64,000 bases of DNA from NCBI GenBank assembly GCA_951406725.2, contig OX597823.1, positions 15,810,001 through 15,874,000 on the forward strand, given 5' to 3'. Both the position numbers and the translations under genes were made by a program. This stretch comes from Octopus vulgaris (taxonomy: Eukaryota). The notes beneath the pieces were generated by a model. The model saw only the letters and a program-made list of their open reading frames with translations, ran no database searches and was not told the origin of the DNA. Below, piece after piece: positions 25,502 through 39,352 of the stretch (position 1 is its first letter; the number at the start of each line of letters is the position of its first letter).

Positions 25502-25950
25502 CCATCGTTTAACGTCCGCTTTCCATGCTGGCATGGGTTGGACGGTTTGACTGGGGACTGGCAAACCAGATGGCTGCACCAAGCTCCAATCTTGATTTGG
25601 CAGAGTTTCTACAGCTGGATGCCCTTCCTAATGCCAACCACTCCGAGAGTGTAGTGGGTGCTTTTACGTGCCACCAGCACGAGGGCCAGTCAGGCGGTAC
25701 TGGCAACGGCCATGCTCAAGTGGTGTTTTTACGTGTCACCTGCACAGGAGCCAGTCCAATGGTACTGGCAACGCCCTCGCTCGAATGTTGTTTTCCATGT
25801 ACCAGCGGCACAAGTGCCAGTAAGGCGACGCTGGTAATGATCACATTCGAATGGAGCTTTTTAAGTGCCACCAGCATGGGCGCCAGTCAGTGGCCCTGGC
25901 AACGATCATGCTCAGATAGTGCTCTTAGCGCTCCACTAGCACGGATGCCG
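25457..25950 (-). mobile_element. Family A repeat with long (CAT)n and about five internal units
   Basis: Conserved core plus repeated ..gtgccacc..gccagtc..ggcaacg.. modules. Confidence 0.8.
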
Positions 25951-26239
25951 TACATAAATATTATGTATATACGTGAGGGAAGTTAATACAGAAAGCAAGT
26001 GAATGTTACTTCAAAAATTTCATCAGACAAGTTTCAGTAATCTGTTAGACCATATTTATCAGCTGAAACATGTCCAAATATGAAACTGATTGAAAATACT
26101 GCAAAGAATCATGTGGAACAAAGCAGAAATAATTACAGAAGGAATAAATAATAGATAAAAGTATCTTTAAAACACTGGTCAAAGAGAAGCCACAAAAAAT
26201 ATGTTGGTGAAAAAATAAAAATAAAATCAGTACAATCTG

Positions 26240-26560
26240 GTGGAAGTACAATGGCCCAGTGGCTGGGGCAGCAATCCTATGACTCGCAGTCATAGGATTG
26301 CAGTTTCGATTCCCAGACCGGGCATATTGAGCAAAAACACCTAAAGCTCCACGAGGCTCAGGCAGTGGGTGGTGGTGAACTCTGCTGTGTTCTTTAGGCA
26401 CAGGAGTGACTGTGTGGTAAGAAGCTTGCTTCCTAATCACATGGTTCTGGGTTCAGTCCCACTGCATAGCACTTTGGGCAAATGTCTTCTACTATAGCCT
26501 TGGACCGACCAGAGCCTTGTGAGTGGATTTGGTAGACGGAAACTGAAAGAAGCCTGTATG
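26240..26560 (+). mobile_element. Adjacent SINE heads (family D, then family B)
   Basis: aatggcccagtgg..gtttcgattcccagaccggg (tRNA-like A/B boxes), then ggcacaggagtgactgtgtggtaag. Confidence 0.75.
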
Positions 26561-26570
26561 TATGTATATA

Positions 26571-26609
<39 letters not shown>

Positions 26610-26689
26610 ATCTATCTATCTATCTATCTATATCTATCTATCTATCTATCTATCTATATATATATATATATATACAGTTTTGTATTTAG

Positions 26690-28360
26690 GAGATGAGGAA
26701 TTATGTACATTATTTACATTTGAAGTATATTTGTCGTCATCTTGGGGAAATTTCAAACTTGGGTATTTTTCACGTACCACCTAAGGTATTGTTCAATTCT
26801 TCTTCTTATTATTATTATCATTCAGGTCACTGCTTGGAATTGAACTTGGAATCTTGGGGTTAGTAGCCCACGCTCTTAACCACTATGCCATGGGCAGTTA
26901 TGGATTGAATTCTAGGGCTTATAAATCTAATATTTTCCTATCCTTCCTTAATACCGGTTCCCATATGCTGCTCATATCTGCACTCAGTCTGCTTAGGAGG
27001 TTATTATGTCCTAGCATATGAGCTACTTCTTTTAGTTTTCGTATTTTCCAGAGGTGTACATGATCAGCTATACCCGATTTATCAATATCTCCTCATGTCA
27101 CAACTTTGTTCGTCTACCCTTATTTTAAGGGTGTGGCATGTTTCGCCTTTGTATGACCTACCCACAGCTGCATGGGATGGAATACATGCAGTTCTTGGTC
27201 ATATTCTCTTCTATTGGTGGTTTTACTCGAAGGAGATATTTGCAAAGTGTTGTATTACTCTTGAATACTGTCCTGATGTCATATGGGCCGCATATCTTTT
27301 GTATCTTTTCAGAGAGGTCTTTCACATAGGGTAGACAGACTGTGATCAGTTTATTGGTGACATCCTCTCTTCATAATTGGAGTGGATAGTATGTTTATGG
27401 AGTAGTTGTTGCTTAATAGATTGGTATTGAGCTTGATCATTTCTTCATGGTATGTATCATGATCGCTACTTATATTCTTTGCATGATGTTTTAGGCACTG
27501 AGCAATCCCTCTCTTTACAATGTATGGATGGTGGGACTTGAAGTTGTGGTATCATCCAGTGAAGGTCAGCTTGTGGTATACAGATGTCCTGAATCCATAC
27601 TTGGTGCATGTTATTTATACGTCCAGGAATACTAGCTGATTGTCTTTTTCCTTTTCCATTGTGAACTGTATGGATGGCTTTGTTGAGTTCACATGATCCA
27701 ACAGTACTTGGACATCTTCTTGGTGGGGCCAGAGTATAAAGGTGTCATCAACATATTGCAGCCATAGTGTTGGTTTTAATGGTGTTGATCCTAAGGTCAA
27801 ATTCTCGAAATAACCCATGTATATATTGGCTATTATCAGTGATAATGGTGAACCCATAGCTAAACCCTCTTCTTGTCGATATATATCAGTGTCCATACTG
27901 AAATAGGTAGTTTCTACACGGAAGGTCAACATTTCCATCAAGTTTCTTATTGGTATACTAGTGCATTCTTTTCGATGGGTGTCTGTTACAAGTTTTTCGT
28001 GAATCACCAATAGTCCTTCACCAGCTGGGATTTTGGTGAACAGACTTATCACATCTAGACTCACCATCTGGTTGGATTCATTGGGGTTATCCTTGATCAA
28101 TTCTGTGAAGTAGGTGGAATTCTTCATGTACGATATTGACTTTCCTGCTAATGGACTGATTATATTCACAAGGAAGCGGCTCAGTGGATGACATACTGAA
28201 CCTCTACAGCTCACTATATGTCTTAATGGAATGCCATTCTTGTGAATCTTAGGGAGACCGTACATGTGTGGTAGTTTACTGTAGTGTTGAGTCAGTTGTC
28301 TGTACTTCATTGGTGTAAAGTGATCCTTGTTCTTGATCAAGATCTGTGACAACTTCCTCT
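26690..28360 (-). mobile_element. Penelope-like element: RT and GIY-YIG pseudogene
   Basis: MYGLPKIHK, SLDVISLFTKIP, GLAMGSPLS, QYVDDTF, IQFTMEKE..FLDV; downstream LPYVKDLSEKI..NCMYSIPCSCG/SYKGET (frameshifted). Confidence 0.9.
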
Positions 28361-28489
28361 CTGTTTTCAAGTGATAATGAGGGGGATAAATACAGACACA
28401 CAAATACATACATACATACATACATACATGCATGCATGCATGCATGCATGTATGTATGTATGTATGTATGTATGTATGTATGTATGTAT

Positions 28490-28885
28490 GTATTTGTGTG
28501 TCTGTATTTGTCTCCCCACCAGCACTTGAGAACTGGTGTTGGTGTGTCTACATCCCCATAACTTAGGTGTTTGGCAAAAGAGACCAATAGAATAAGTACT
28601 AGGCTTACAAAGAATAAGTCCTGGGGATAATTTGTTTGACTAAAGGAGGTGCTCCAGCATGGCCACAGTCAAATTACTGAAACAAGTAAATGAATAAAAG
28701 AATATATGTAAAATCAGCCCAATCTGCAGAGTGGTTGGTGTTAGGAAGGGCATCCAGCTGTAAAAACCATGCCAAAACAGGCGCGAAAGAATGGCGCAGG
28801 GTCCCGTCTGGCCAGCTGCTGTCAAACCGTCCAACCCATGCCAGCATGGAAGGAGGACGTTAAATGACGATGATAATGATGATGA
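28490..28885 (+). mobile_element. SINE family B 3' half followed by a family A repeat
   Basis: ggcaaaagagacc..gactaaagg; then gagtggttggtgttaggaagggcatccagc..(GAT)n. Confidence 0.75.
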
Positions 28886-29057
28886 AAATACTGAAGGTAC
28901 TAAAAGAAGACAAAAATAATTAGTGATAAGAGTGAAAATGAGAAGGTGATGAGGATAGAAGCCTGGAGAGAGGTAAAGTACCATATTTAAAATATGTACT
29001 GGGGTCAAATTGATGGGCTAAAGTGCTTCATGATGATATCCTAATATGGCTGCAGTC

Positions 29058-29215
29058 CAGGGGTGGACTGAGCCATTGGTCAGTCGGACACTGCCCAAGG
29101 TCCTGGAGCTCTGAGGGACCTGCACTCTACATGTTAGCTCTACTAAAATACACATTCAAAGGGGCCTGGTAAACAGTTATGCCTGAGGGCCCTTAATACT
29201 CTCAGTCTGCCCCTG
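29058..29215. mobile_element. hAT-type MITE
   Basis: TIRs caggggtggactgag / ctcagtctgcccctg; TSD ctgcagtc/ctgcagta. Confidence 0.8.
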
Positions 29216-29874
29216 CTGCAGTAAACTCATTTTATTTCTTTCATTTATCAGGTCTTTGAGATTTTTTTTTATTTATCTTTTTTTATCTGCTTTTTTTTTC
29301 GTTTATTTTTTGTTTTGTTTTTGTAATTTGTGGAAACTGACATTGACAAGTTGTGTTAGCTTCATGTGTTTTGTGTGCATAAAAGGAGTTGTAATGATTT
29401 GACAAGGAAGTATTAAAATGCATTATTTCCGGTTGCAGCAAAACTAGGATTTAGTTTTATTTCATATTTTAAAAAATTTTATTTACTTATTTTCTTTCTT
29501 TCTTTCATTTATTTATTTATTTGTTTTTATTCAATTAAAACTTCAAAAAACATTTTTTTCGTTTCTGTGAAATTAATTCTCTTCGTTTAACATATTGACT
29601 CATTTGTGTATTTTGCATAAATAAGACAGGAAGAAGGGGTAGTGCCTATGACCATTATAGACTCTCACACCCAGACTAATTGACAATCATATGGCTGATG
29701 CTTAATCTGATGTTTTACTGGTAAAATGTGAGCAGTTAAGGAACCAGAAATCTTGTCTGAAGGTTTATAATGGAGTGGGACATTATGAAAGATACACAAG
29801 AACCAAATAGTGGTATGAAATTGGGTGATGTTTTTGGCTTAGCACCAAAGGATCAGGTGCTGGTATTTTTTTTT

Positions 29875-30712
29875 TTTCTACTTCAGGCTCAAAGCCCGAA
29901 ATTCTTTTGGGTAGTGGTGGTGGTGGTGGGGGGGGGGGGGGCAGTCGATTAGATCAACCCCAGTATGCAACAGGTACTTAATTTACCGACCTTGAAAGAA
30001 TGAAAGGCAAAGTTGACCTCAACGAAATTTGAACTCGGAACATAAAGACAGACAAAATATTGCTAAGCATTTTACCCGGCGTGCTAACATTTCTGCCAGC
30101 TCACTGCTTTATTCTTTTCTACTCTAGGCACAAGGCCCTAAATTTTTGGGGAGGGAGCTAGTTGATTAGATCGACCCCAGTATGCAACTGGTACTTAATT
30201 TATCAACCCCGAAAGGATGAAAGGCAAAATCGACCTCAGCGGAATATGAACTCAGAACGTAAAGACAGATGAAATACCGCTAAGCATTTTGCCTGGCTTG
30301 CTAATGTTTGTTATTTCTTTATTACCCACAAGGAGCTAAACACAAAGGGGACAAACAAAGACAGACAAAGGGATTAAGTTGATTACATCGACCCCAGTGT
30401 GTAACTGGTACTTAATTTATCGACCCCGAAACGACCTTGGCGGAATTTGAACTCAGAACGTAATGGCAGACGAAATACCTATTTCTTTACTGCCCACAAG
30501 GGGCTAAAACTCAGAGGGGACAAACAAGGACAGACAAAGGGATTAAGTCGATTACATTGACCCCAGTGCATAACTGGTACTTAATTTATCGACCTCGAAA
30601 CAATGAAAGGCAAAGTCGACCATGGCGGAATTTGAACTCAGAACGTAACAGCAGATGAAATACCATTAAGCATTTCACCTGGCATGCTAACGATTCTGCC
30701 AGTTCGCTGCCT
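29875..30712 (-). mobile_element. Tandem tetramer of SINE family C
   Basis: Four repeats of ..gaccccagt..ggtacttaattt..gaactcagaacgtaa.. Confidence 0.85.
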
Positions 30713-30904
30713 TGGATCAGGTGCTGGCATTATATTGGACAGTTTGTTACACTTAGAATTAAAGATCAAGTAAGGTGCTAAACTGGGCATTGTGTCATAC
30801 CTAGCACCCAAGTTCCCGGTGGTTGTTTGGTGAAGTGTCCAATGCATGCCAGCATGGAAAGATGTAAAACGATGATGATGGTCTGACACACACACACATA
30901 TAAC

Positions 30905-31205
30905 GAAGGTGCATGGCTCAGTGGTTAGAGCATTGGGCTCACATTCACGAGGTAGTGAGTTCAATTCCCGGACTGGGCTATGTGTTATGTTCTTGAGCAA
31001 GACACTTTATTTCTCGTTGTTCCAATACACTCAACTGTAGAAATAAGTTGCAACATCACTGGTGCCAAGCTGTATCAGGGAAGATTTGTATGCGTGGGTG
31101 ACTGCTGGTCTTCCATAAACAAACTTGCCCAGCCTTGTACTTTGGAGGGTAACTTTTTAGGTGCAATCCCATGGTCATTCATGACCGAAGGGGTTCTTTA
31201 CCCTC
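30905..31205 (+). mobile_element. tRNA-derived SINE (family E)
   Basis: tggctcagtggttagagc (A box), gagttcaattccc (B box). Confidence 0.7.
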
Positions 31206-31236
<31 letters not shown>

Positions 31237-31871
31237 CACACCAAAATAAGCATAAATGTAAAACAAGGTGGAAAAAGTAGTACTCGAATACTGGAGGTAG
31301 AGTAATATGCTTTTTAAAAAAGCTGCAAGGACATTACAAATACTTACTAAGGTTCCCGTTTGTCGGACAGTTTTGGTGTAGATTCTAAATCAAAACTGTC
31401 CAACGAACAGGAATGTGAAACTCTGAGTAACAGTTTTTGTGATGTCTTTGCAGCTTTTTTAATGAAGTGTATTTATATATATATATCTCTTATATAAAAT
31501 CCATTCTGTCTGTGTGTGTGTGTGGCTTCTAGGATCTTGGGCATCCTCCATCCGATTGCGCGCTCAAATTTGATATGTAGATGCCGATGATATCAGGGCG
31601 TGTATAAGTCTTGAAAAAATTACAAAAATCGATTCCAGGTGAGAATGCGATCAAAGCCATGGGAAATCGTTTTTCTTTGGAATAGAAAAAAAAGTCTATC
31701 TTTATTTCTTCTTTTGCTGGTGTCTCAAATTTAAGTTAAATCAGTGTTTCTCAAAGGGGAGGCCTATGGGACGGTTGGATATGTTGTTTGAGAAAATTTG
31801 GTTTAAATATTTGACAATTCAGCACTGTCCATTGGATGGGGGGGGGGGGCGTTTTGTTCGTATATATATTA

Positions 31872-32237
31872 AGGAGGAAGCACTCCGTCGGTTACAATGA
31901 TGAGGGTTCCAGTTGATCCGAATCAACGGAACAGCCTGCTCGTGAAATTAACGTGTAAGTGGCTGAGCACTCCACAGACACGTGCACCCTTAACGTAGTT
32001 CTCGGGGATATTCAGCGTGACACAGAGAGTGACAAGGCCGGCCCTTTGAAATACAGGTACAACAGAAACAGGAAGTAAGAGTGAGAGAAAGTTGTGGTGA
32101 AAGAGTACAGCAGGGATCACCACCATCCCCTGCCGGAGCCTCGTGAAGCTTCTTTAGGTGTTTTCGCTCAATAAACACTCACAACGCCCGGTCTGGGAAT
32201 CGAAACCGCGAGTCCGCTGCCCTAACCACTGGGCCAT

Positions 32238-32241
<4 letters not shown>
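31872..32241 (-). mobile_element. tRNA-derived SINE family D
   Basis: Reverse complement begins gcaatggcccagtggttagggcagcggactcgcggtttcgattcccagaccggg. Confidence 0.8.
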
Positions 32242-32278
<37 letters not shown>

Positions 32279-32490
32279 TGAACTTCATTGAGGTAATGGC
32301 AATGGATTGGGGTGTCTTGGTGATTTGAGATACTTGGAAAGACCTATCCACCCAAGTGAAATGCACATATTAACCTTTCAGAAGCACACAAATACTGTTA
32401 ACTTCACTAAAATATTTATTATTTGCTGCCATGATTTTCGTTCTGACCTGGTGACTGCTATGGTTCCCCTGCATATTCATAAAGTAAAAT

Positions 32491-32880
32491 CAGGAGTGGC
32501 TGTGTGGTAAGAAGCTTGCTTACCAACCACATGGTTCCAGATTCAGTCCCACAGTGTAGCACCTTGGGTAAGTGTCTTCTACTATAGCATTGGGCCAACT
32601 AAAGCCTTGTGAGTGGATTTGGTAGACAGAAACTGAAAGAAGCCCGTCGTACATATATGTGTGTGTGTGTGTGTCTGTGTTTGTGTGTCTGTGGTTGTCC
32701 CCCATCCTTGCTTGACAACCAATGCTGGTGTGTTTACGTCCCCCTTAACTTAGCAGTTTGGCAAAAGAGACCGATAGAATAAGTACTAGGCTTACAAAGT
32801 CTAAGTTCTGGGGTCGATTTGCTCGACTAAAGGCGGTGCTCCAGTATGGGTGCAGTCAAATGACTGAAATAAAGTAAAAA
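32491..32880 (+). mobile_element. SINE family B
   Basis: Full-length match to 18535-18926. Confidence 0.85.
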
Positions 32881-33109
32881 TATTAATGATAGTTCTTATT
32901 AAGAAAGGTAAGGGAGATAACCTTGCCACATATTTGCAACACCAGCAGCTTAATGTAAAGAACATCCTGCCAAGTGGTTGGTGTTAGGAAGGGCATCCAG
33001 CCATAGAACCCATGCCAAAGCAGACACTGAAGCCTGGTGCAGTCTTCTGCCTAGCCAGTTCCTGTCAAACCATCCAACCCACCCATGCCAGCATGGAAAG
33101 TGGATGTTA

Positions 33110-33990
<881 letters not shown>

Positions 33991-34424
33991 GAGGGCGAAA
34001 AACGATGATAGCGCTAGCTGGGGGTACTGACTGACAGTGGTGGTGATGATGAAGGGGATTATAATGCTGATGGCAGTGAAGGAGATGACAGTTTAATATT
34101 AAGAACCCAAAATAAATGTTTAAGTTTTATGCCAAAAGTTGGTGAAGGGTGGTGGCGCAGAAAAAGAAACAAAAAAAATATGTGTGCATTTAGAGAGAGA
34201 GGGAGAGGGAGGGTGGGTGGGAGTGAGTGAGTGAGCGGCAATGTGAATAAGTGACGTCACTGTTTTTATGAAGGAAATGAAAGTCCATAAGCAAGCAGAA
34301 GTGGTGATGTTGGACAGGAAGATGAGAACATCAGTGTGGCAGAAAAGATTCTGGCAGGAAGTGTTTAAAGTGGTGGAAAGTATGATTCAGAGATGATGAC
34401 CAGTTTAGATGTTGCAGAGATTGA

Positions 34425-34450
34425 GAGGTAGATAGATTGAGAGATGGATT

Positions 34451-34482
<32 letters not shown>

Positions 34483-34800
34483 TAGATAGGTAGATAGATA
34501 GATAGATAGATAGATAGAAAGATAGGTAGATAGATAGGCAGATAGATAGGTAGATAGATAGGCAGATAGATGGATAGGCAGATAGATAGATAGGCAGATA
34601 GATAGGTAGATAGATAGGAAGATAGATGGATAGATAGATAAGCAGATGGATAGATAGGCAGATAGATAGATAGATAGATACACAGATAGATTGATAGACA
34701 GACAGATAGGCAGACTGATAGATAGGATAGGCAGATAGATAGGCAGATGGATAGATAGATAGATAGAAATAGATAGATTGATAGATCTGATGGATCTATC
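34425..34800. repeat. (AGAT)n/(AGGC)-variant tetranucleotide array
   Basis: Directly visible. Confidence 0.95.
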
Positions 34801-35499
34801 TAAATGATAGCTAATTTAGGAAATAGCTAGATAGGTTAGTTAGCATTTGTGTGTGTGTGTGCATGTGTGTGCACATGCAGACATATACATGTGTGTACAC
34901 TTACACAAACACACATATATATATAGCTGTTTTATATTCAGAAAGGTTTTCTTTTTTCAGGTTTCTTCTGATTCAGCTACCCAGGACTCTAATAATAGCT
35001 TCAGATTCTGACCCAAGGCCAGCAGTCTATGGGGAAGGAATTCAGTCAATCAAATTGACCCCCACTACTCAACTGGTATTTATTTCAACGACCCTCAAAT
35101 GATGAAAGGCAAAGTCGACCCTGACAGAATTTGAAGTCAGATTATGAAGACAGATAAAATGCTGCTAAATATTTTGCCTGCTATGCTAATGTTTCTGCCA
35201 GCTCTTTACCTTACCCAGGACACAAGATTTTTCCTTGTAAACTTATTATTATCAAAGAATGTATATATGTATTGCAATATTTTATGACAACCAGTACTTA
35301 ACACAACAAAGCTTTTACTAAGCTTTTACATTTTACTTTTGACAATCTTTTCCTAAAAAATGTGAAGTCGGTCAAGTGAATAAACATCTTTTAAAATTGC
35401 ATTTTCAAACCTTCTTTCATATATAATTCCACTTGTCTGGTACACTACAACTTCACTTTGTTACATATATATATTCATATATATTCATATATATATATA

Positions 35500-35549
<50 letters not shown>

Positions 35550-35683
35550 TCTTTTACTTGTTTCAGTCATTTGACTGCGTTAATGCTGGAGCACCGCCTT
35601 TAGTCGAGCAAATCGACCCCGGGACTTATTCTTTGTAAGCCCAGTACTTATTCTATCAGTCTCTTTTGCCGAACCGCTTTTTT

Positions 35684-35990
35684 TTTAACCAACACCGGGT
35701 ATCTTATAGTCGTGATTCATATCAAGCCCTTCTGGGTATTAGCGCGCGTCTACGATGAGTCTACGATTTAAAAAAAAATTTACCATCATTTTTTCCATTT
35801 TAATGCATTTTTTTCGCTATTATATAAGGGAAATAATTCTCTAAAAATGTCTACGATGAGTCAACGATTTAAAAAAAAAATTACCATAATTTGTTTTCCA
35901 TTTTTTGCTTTTTTTTTGGCTATAACTCTCTAAAAATGCTTATATAGTTATTTCCCTTACAAACCCGAGCAACGCCGGGCGATACTGCTA

Positions 35991-35991
<1 letters not shown>
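35684..35991 (+). mobile_element. 5'-truncated non-autonomous Helitron fused to a SINE B fragment (35548-35677)
   Basis: Ends cccgagcaacgccgggcgatactgCTAG|T. Confidence 0.8.
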
Positions 35992-36029
<38 letters not shown>

Positions 36030-36035
36030 CTGCTA

Positions 36036-36104
<69 letters not shown>

Positions 36105-37069
36105 ATCAATAAATGGTGGGGTTGTGTTGACCGCACGTGGAGAAATGATAAGGAAGGACAAATTGTAAAAATGCAGAATGAAAGAAAATTTTAATGAAAT
36201 GAGAAATTGATAAAATATATAAATATATATTTATTCAAACCGGTTTTCGTCATAATGTGACTTATCAAGAATAGTTAGGTGAAAAATTTTTTTAAAAGTG
36301 AGAAAGGGGAAAAAAGAAAGTTGCATTGTTTTTTGCAAAAGAATAATAATAAATATGTACAAAAATTAAAAAATAAGTACATATATATACTTATATATAT
36401 ATATATATATATATATACTTCAAATTTTTTTATATATTTATTAATCATATAAGATTTTTAGAATATATTTAATAATTAGTGGTTTTTAATCATTTAAATC
36501 ATTTAATTTATTTTGTATTAAGTATTATTTATCATAGTTATTTTATTAACAAATATTATAGTATAGAGAGATTTTATTCTTTATTTGTGACTTCATTCTA
36601 TTTACAATGATAAACCAATAATTTTCCCATTCACAATCTCATTAATAAAGCGTAGGTTCCTCACGCGTAATGAATTCTTCAACAATTTATTCTTTTTTTT
36701 TGCTAATAACGTAATTCCACGAGTATTCTTATAAACGCTGTAAAGACGTTTTCCGATTCAAAATTTTAGTTTATTGCTAAACCTCGCTAAGATAAGTATG
36801 TATTTATTTAAGATCTTCAAATTGTAAATTTTAATATTGTATAAGTCTTTGGAGTAATAATATTTTCCTTATGTAAATATCATTGTTTATGTAATGATCT
36901 AATTATCGTAATTTTCTATATTATTAGATATTAAATTTAAGTTTATTCGTAAGATACTACTTAGCGATAGATTTGTTATTTGATAGCAAGCATACGAGTT
37001 GTATTAAGTTAGGCTTTTGTATATACATGTTTTAATAGTATCAATTGTAGTTTTAAATTTATAATTAAA

Positions 37070-37615
37070 TTAGATAAACTTTGATAAACTTAGATATGTT
37101 TCGACTAAAGATTGGTCCAGGCCATGTCTAATTTAATAGCATAACTTAGTTATTTCTTTAAATTGATATTCGCTAGTTATTCCCATTGATAATTATATTT
37201 ATAGTATTTATAGTATTTATTCGATACTATATTACTACGAATTGATTATTTCTATAAGTATTTTACATAAGATTTCCGAAAGTTCGTTTAAGTTTGTTTA
37301 TTTGTATTTTGAAATTAGCTATTTCATCTTTAAATATGAAAAATTAAATTTATTATGTTTTTATATTTATTTATAGAGATTATTTTAGATCTTAACTATA
37401 ATATTTATATACATTCATATATTTTCATTGATAATTTATATTTATTAGTCATTTTTAAATATTTATGTAATTAGATATAGAATAATACCGATATTAGATT
37501 ATTGGTGGGTTTCCTACCTTATAAATTAAAATTAATATTTAACATTATAGTCGATTTTGATATAATCATAATTGTTAAGTTTTATGTTTCTAGTTTGATA
37601 ATAGAGTTTATTATA
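37070..37615 (-). mobile_element. Heavily AT-eroded copy of the LINE at 38795-39247
   Basis: Reverse complement gctattaaattagacatggcctggaccaat..gtcgaaac matches 39194-39236 gctattaagttagacatggcctgggccaat..gccgaaac; weaker colinearity beyond. Confidence 0.65.
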
Positions 37616-37688
37616 AGTAAAATTATTATATTATTTATATCTTAAAAATATTGTTTAAATATTTCTGATTATATTTTAGATATTTCAA

Positions 37689-37758
37689 TTACCTGAAGAT
37701 TGACTGTAACCATAACTCGAATTATTACGAATTGTACAGCCATGAAACGATCGTAGTG
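37689..37758 (+). ncRNA. Hammerhead ribozyme candidate with palindromic stem III
   Basis: CTGAAGA 37693-99; stem II tgactgta/tacagcca; GAAA-CGATCG-TA (ACGATCGT palindrome); short stem I tac/gtg. Confidence 0.55.
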
Positions 37759-37894
37759 TTTTACTCTTTATCTTTTATTAAACTTTTAATACTTTTGATA
37801 TATATTTAAAATAATATAAATTAATTAATTTTATGTATTGGCTTATGTTTTTCATTGTTTGATTTGCCTAATAGTGGTTTTATCTCTAATTTAA

Positions 37895-37979
37895 TATAAT
37901 ATACTTATATATATATATATGAATATATATATATACTTATATATATATATTTGAATATATATATATATTTATATATATA

Positions 37980-38073
<94 letters not shown>

Positions 38074-38125
38074 ATATATATATATATACTTATATATATA
38101 TGAATATATATATATACATATATGA

Positions 38126-38158
<33 letters not shown>

Positions 38159-38790
38159 AGTATATATATAAGTATATATATATATATATATATATCATAT
38201 ATATATACACACTTATATATATATATATTCATATATATACAAACAACAAGCGTGTTTCGACTGGGAACGAATCAAATTGAGCTGGCTTGTATGAAGTGAA
38301 AACCTAAAGGCAGAAACATAGGAGATGGACACAAGAGGTGCTGACGGTTGGCAGTCAGGCCAAAAAAGAAAGATCATGGCTGGACACTGGTCACATGGAA
38401 GGAAGAGGGAGGGGTAGGGGGCAGCGGGATTGAAGGATTAGAAAAAGAATCAGAAACAAAGAAAAAGTTACATAGGTGATAAACCAGTGGGAAAGAAAGA
38501 GGGCTAAGAAATGAGGGAAGGAATGCGAGAAAAAGAAATAAAAATGTGAGGGGGAATATATATGTGTATACATATATGTAAATATATATATGTAGATATA
38601 TATACATATGTATATATATATATGTACATATATATTTATGCATATGTGTATCTGTATATATATATATATATGTATGTATGTATATATGTATGTATATATA
38701 TATGTATGTATGTATATATGTATATATGTATATATATGTATATATGTATATATATGTATGTATATATATATATTTATATATGTATATATA
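37895..38790. repeat. (TA)n and TATG-variant arrays with a purine-rich spacer
   Basis: Directly visible; a similar array spans 39245-39570. Confidence 0.9.
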
Positions 38791-38794
38791 TGTA

Positions 38795-39247
38795 TAAAAC
38801 TCTATTCTCTCCAACGTCGTCGTGAGCGCTACATCATCTGCATGATGTGGAAAATATTCCATCAGCATTGCCCAAATGATGTTGGCATCACCTTTAAGGT
38901 ACATCCAAGGCTTGGGCCCCGTGCCATCCGCCCAAAACAAAAATCGCACTCTCATCTCATAACAACAATACGGCACAATTATTTCACCTCAATTGGCCCG
39001 CTCTCTTTAACATTACACCAAAACACATTAAAACAGAAACTGACCCTATAGGGTTCAAGAAGTCTTTGGACAGATTCCTTCAAGAAATCCCGGATAAACC
39101 CCCTACACCCGGATATGTCTCTGTAAACAATAACTCTCTACTTGAGTGGGCCATAGTGCCCAAATTCTGACTTGAAAGACTTCACCAGGTGGTGCTATTA
39201 AGTTAGACATGGCCTGGGCCAATAATGGCCGAAACCTATCAAAGTAT
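38795..39247 (+). mobile_element. CR1/L2-group (Crack-like) LINE 3' end
   Basis: [33 protein letters not shown] / [31 protein letters not shown]; 3' stem-loop ggcca-ataa-tggcc. Confidence 0.8.
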
Positions 39248-39250
39248 ATG

Positions 39251-39288
<38 letters not shown>

Positions 39289-39290
39289 TG

Positions 39291-39352
<62 letters not shown>

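Noticed and set aside
30912-30975. tRNA-like sequences at SINE heads (also 26250, 32170, 49540, 54495)
   Set aside because: A and B boxes run into SINE bodies and no complete cloverleaf was found; not tRNA genes.
34252-34259. Full CRE TGACGTCA (also at 21862 and 51635)
   Set aside because: Isolated 8-mers without promoter context.
36180-37900. AT-rich island as a mitochondrial insertion or contaminant
   Set aside because: No mitochondrial gene or tRNA recognised; it contains homology to a nuclear LINE in the same window.
38250-38305. gtcGAAACacgc on the - strand next to a TA tract
   Set aside because: No recognisable CUGANGA core or stems.
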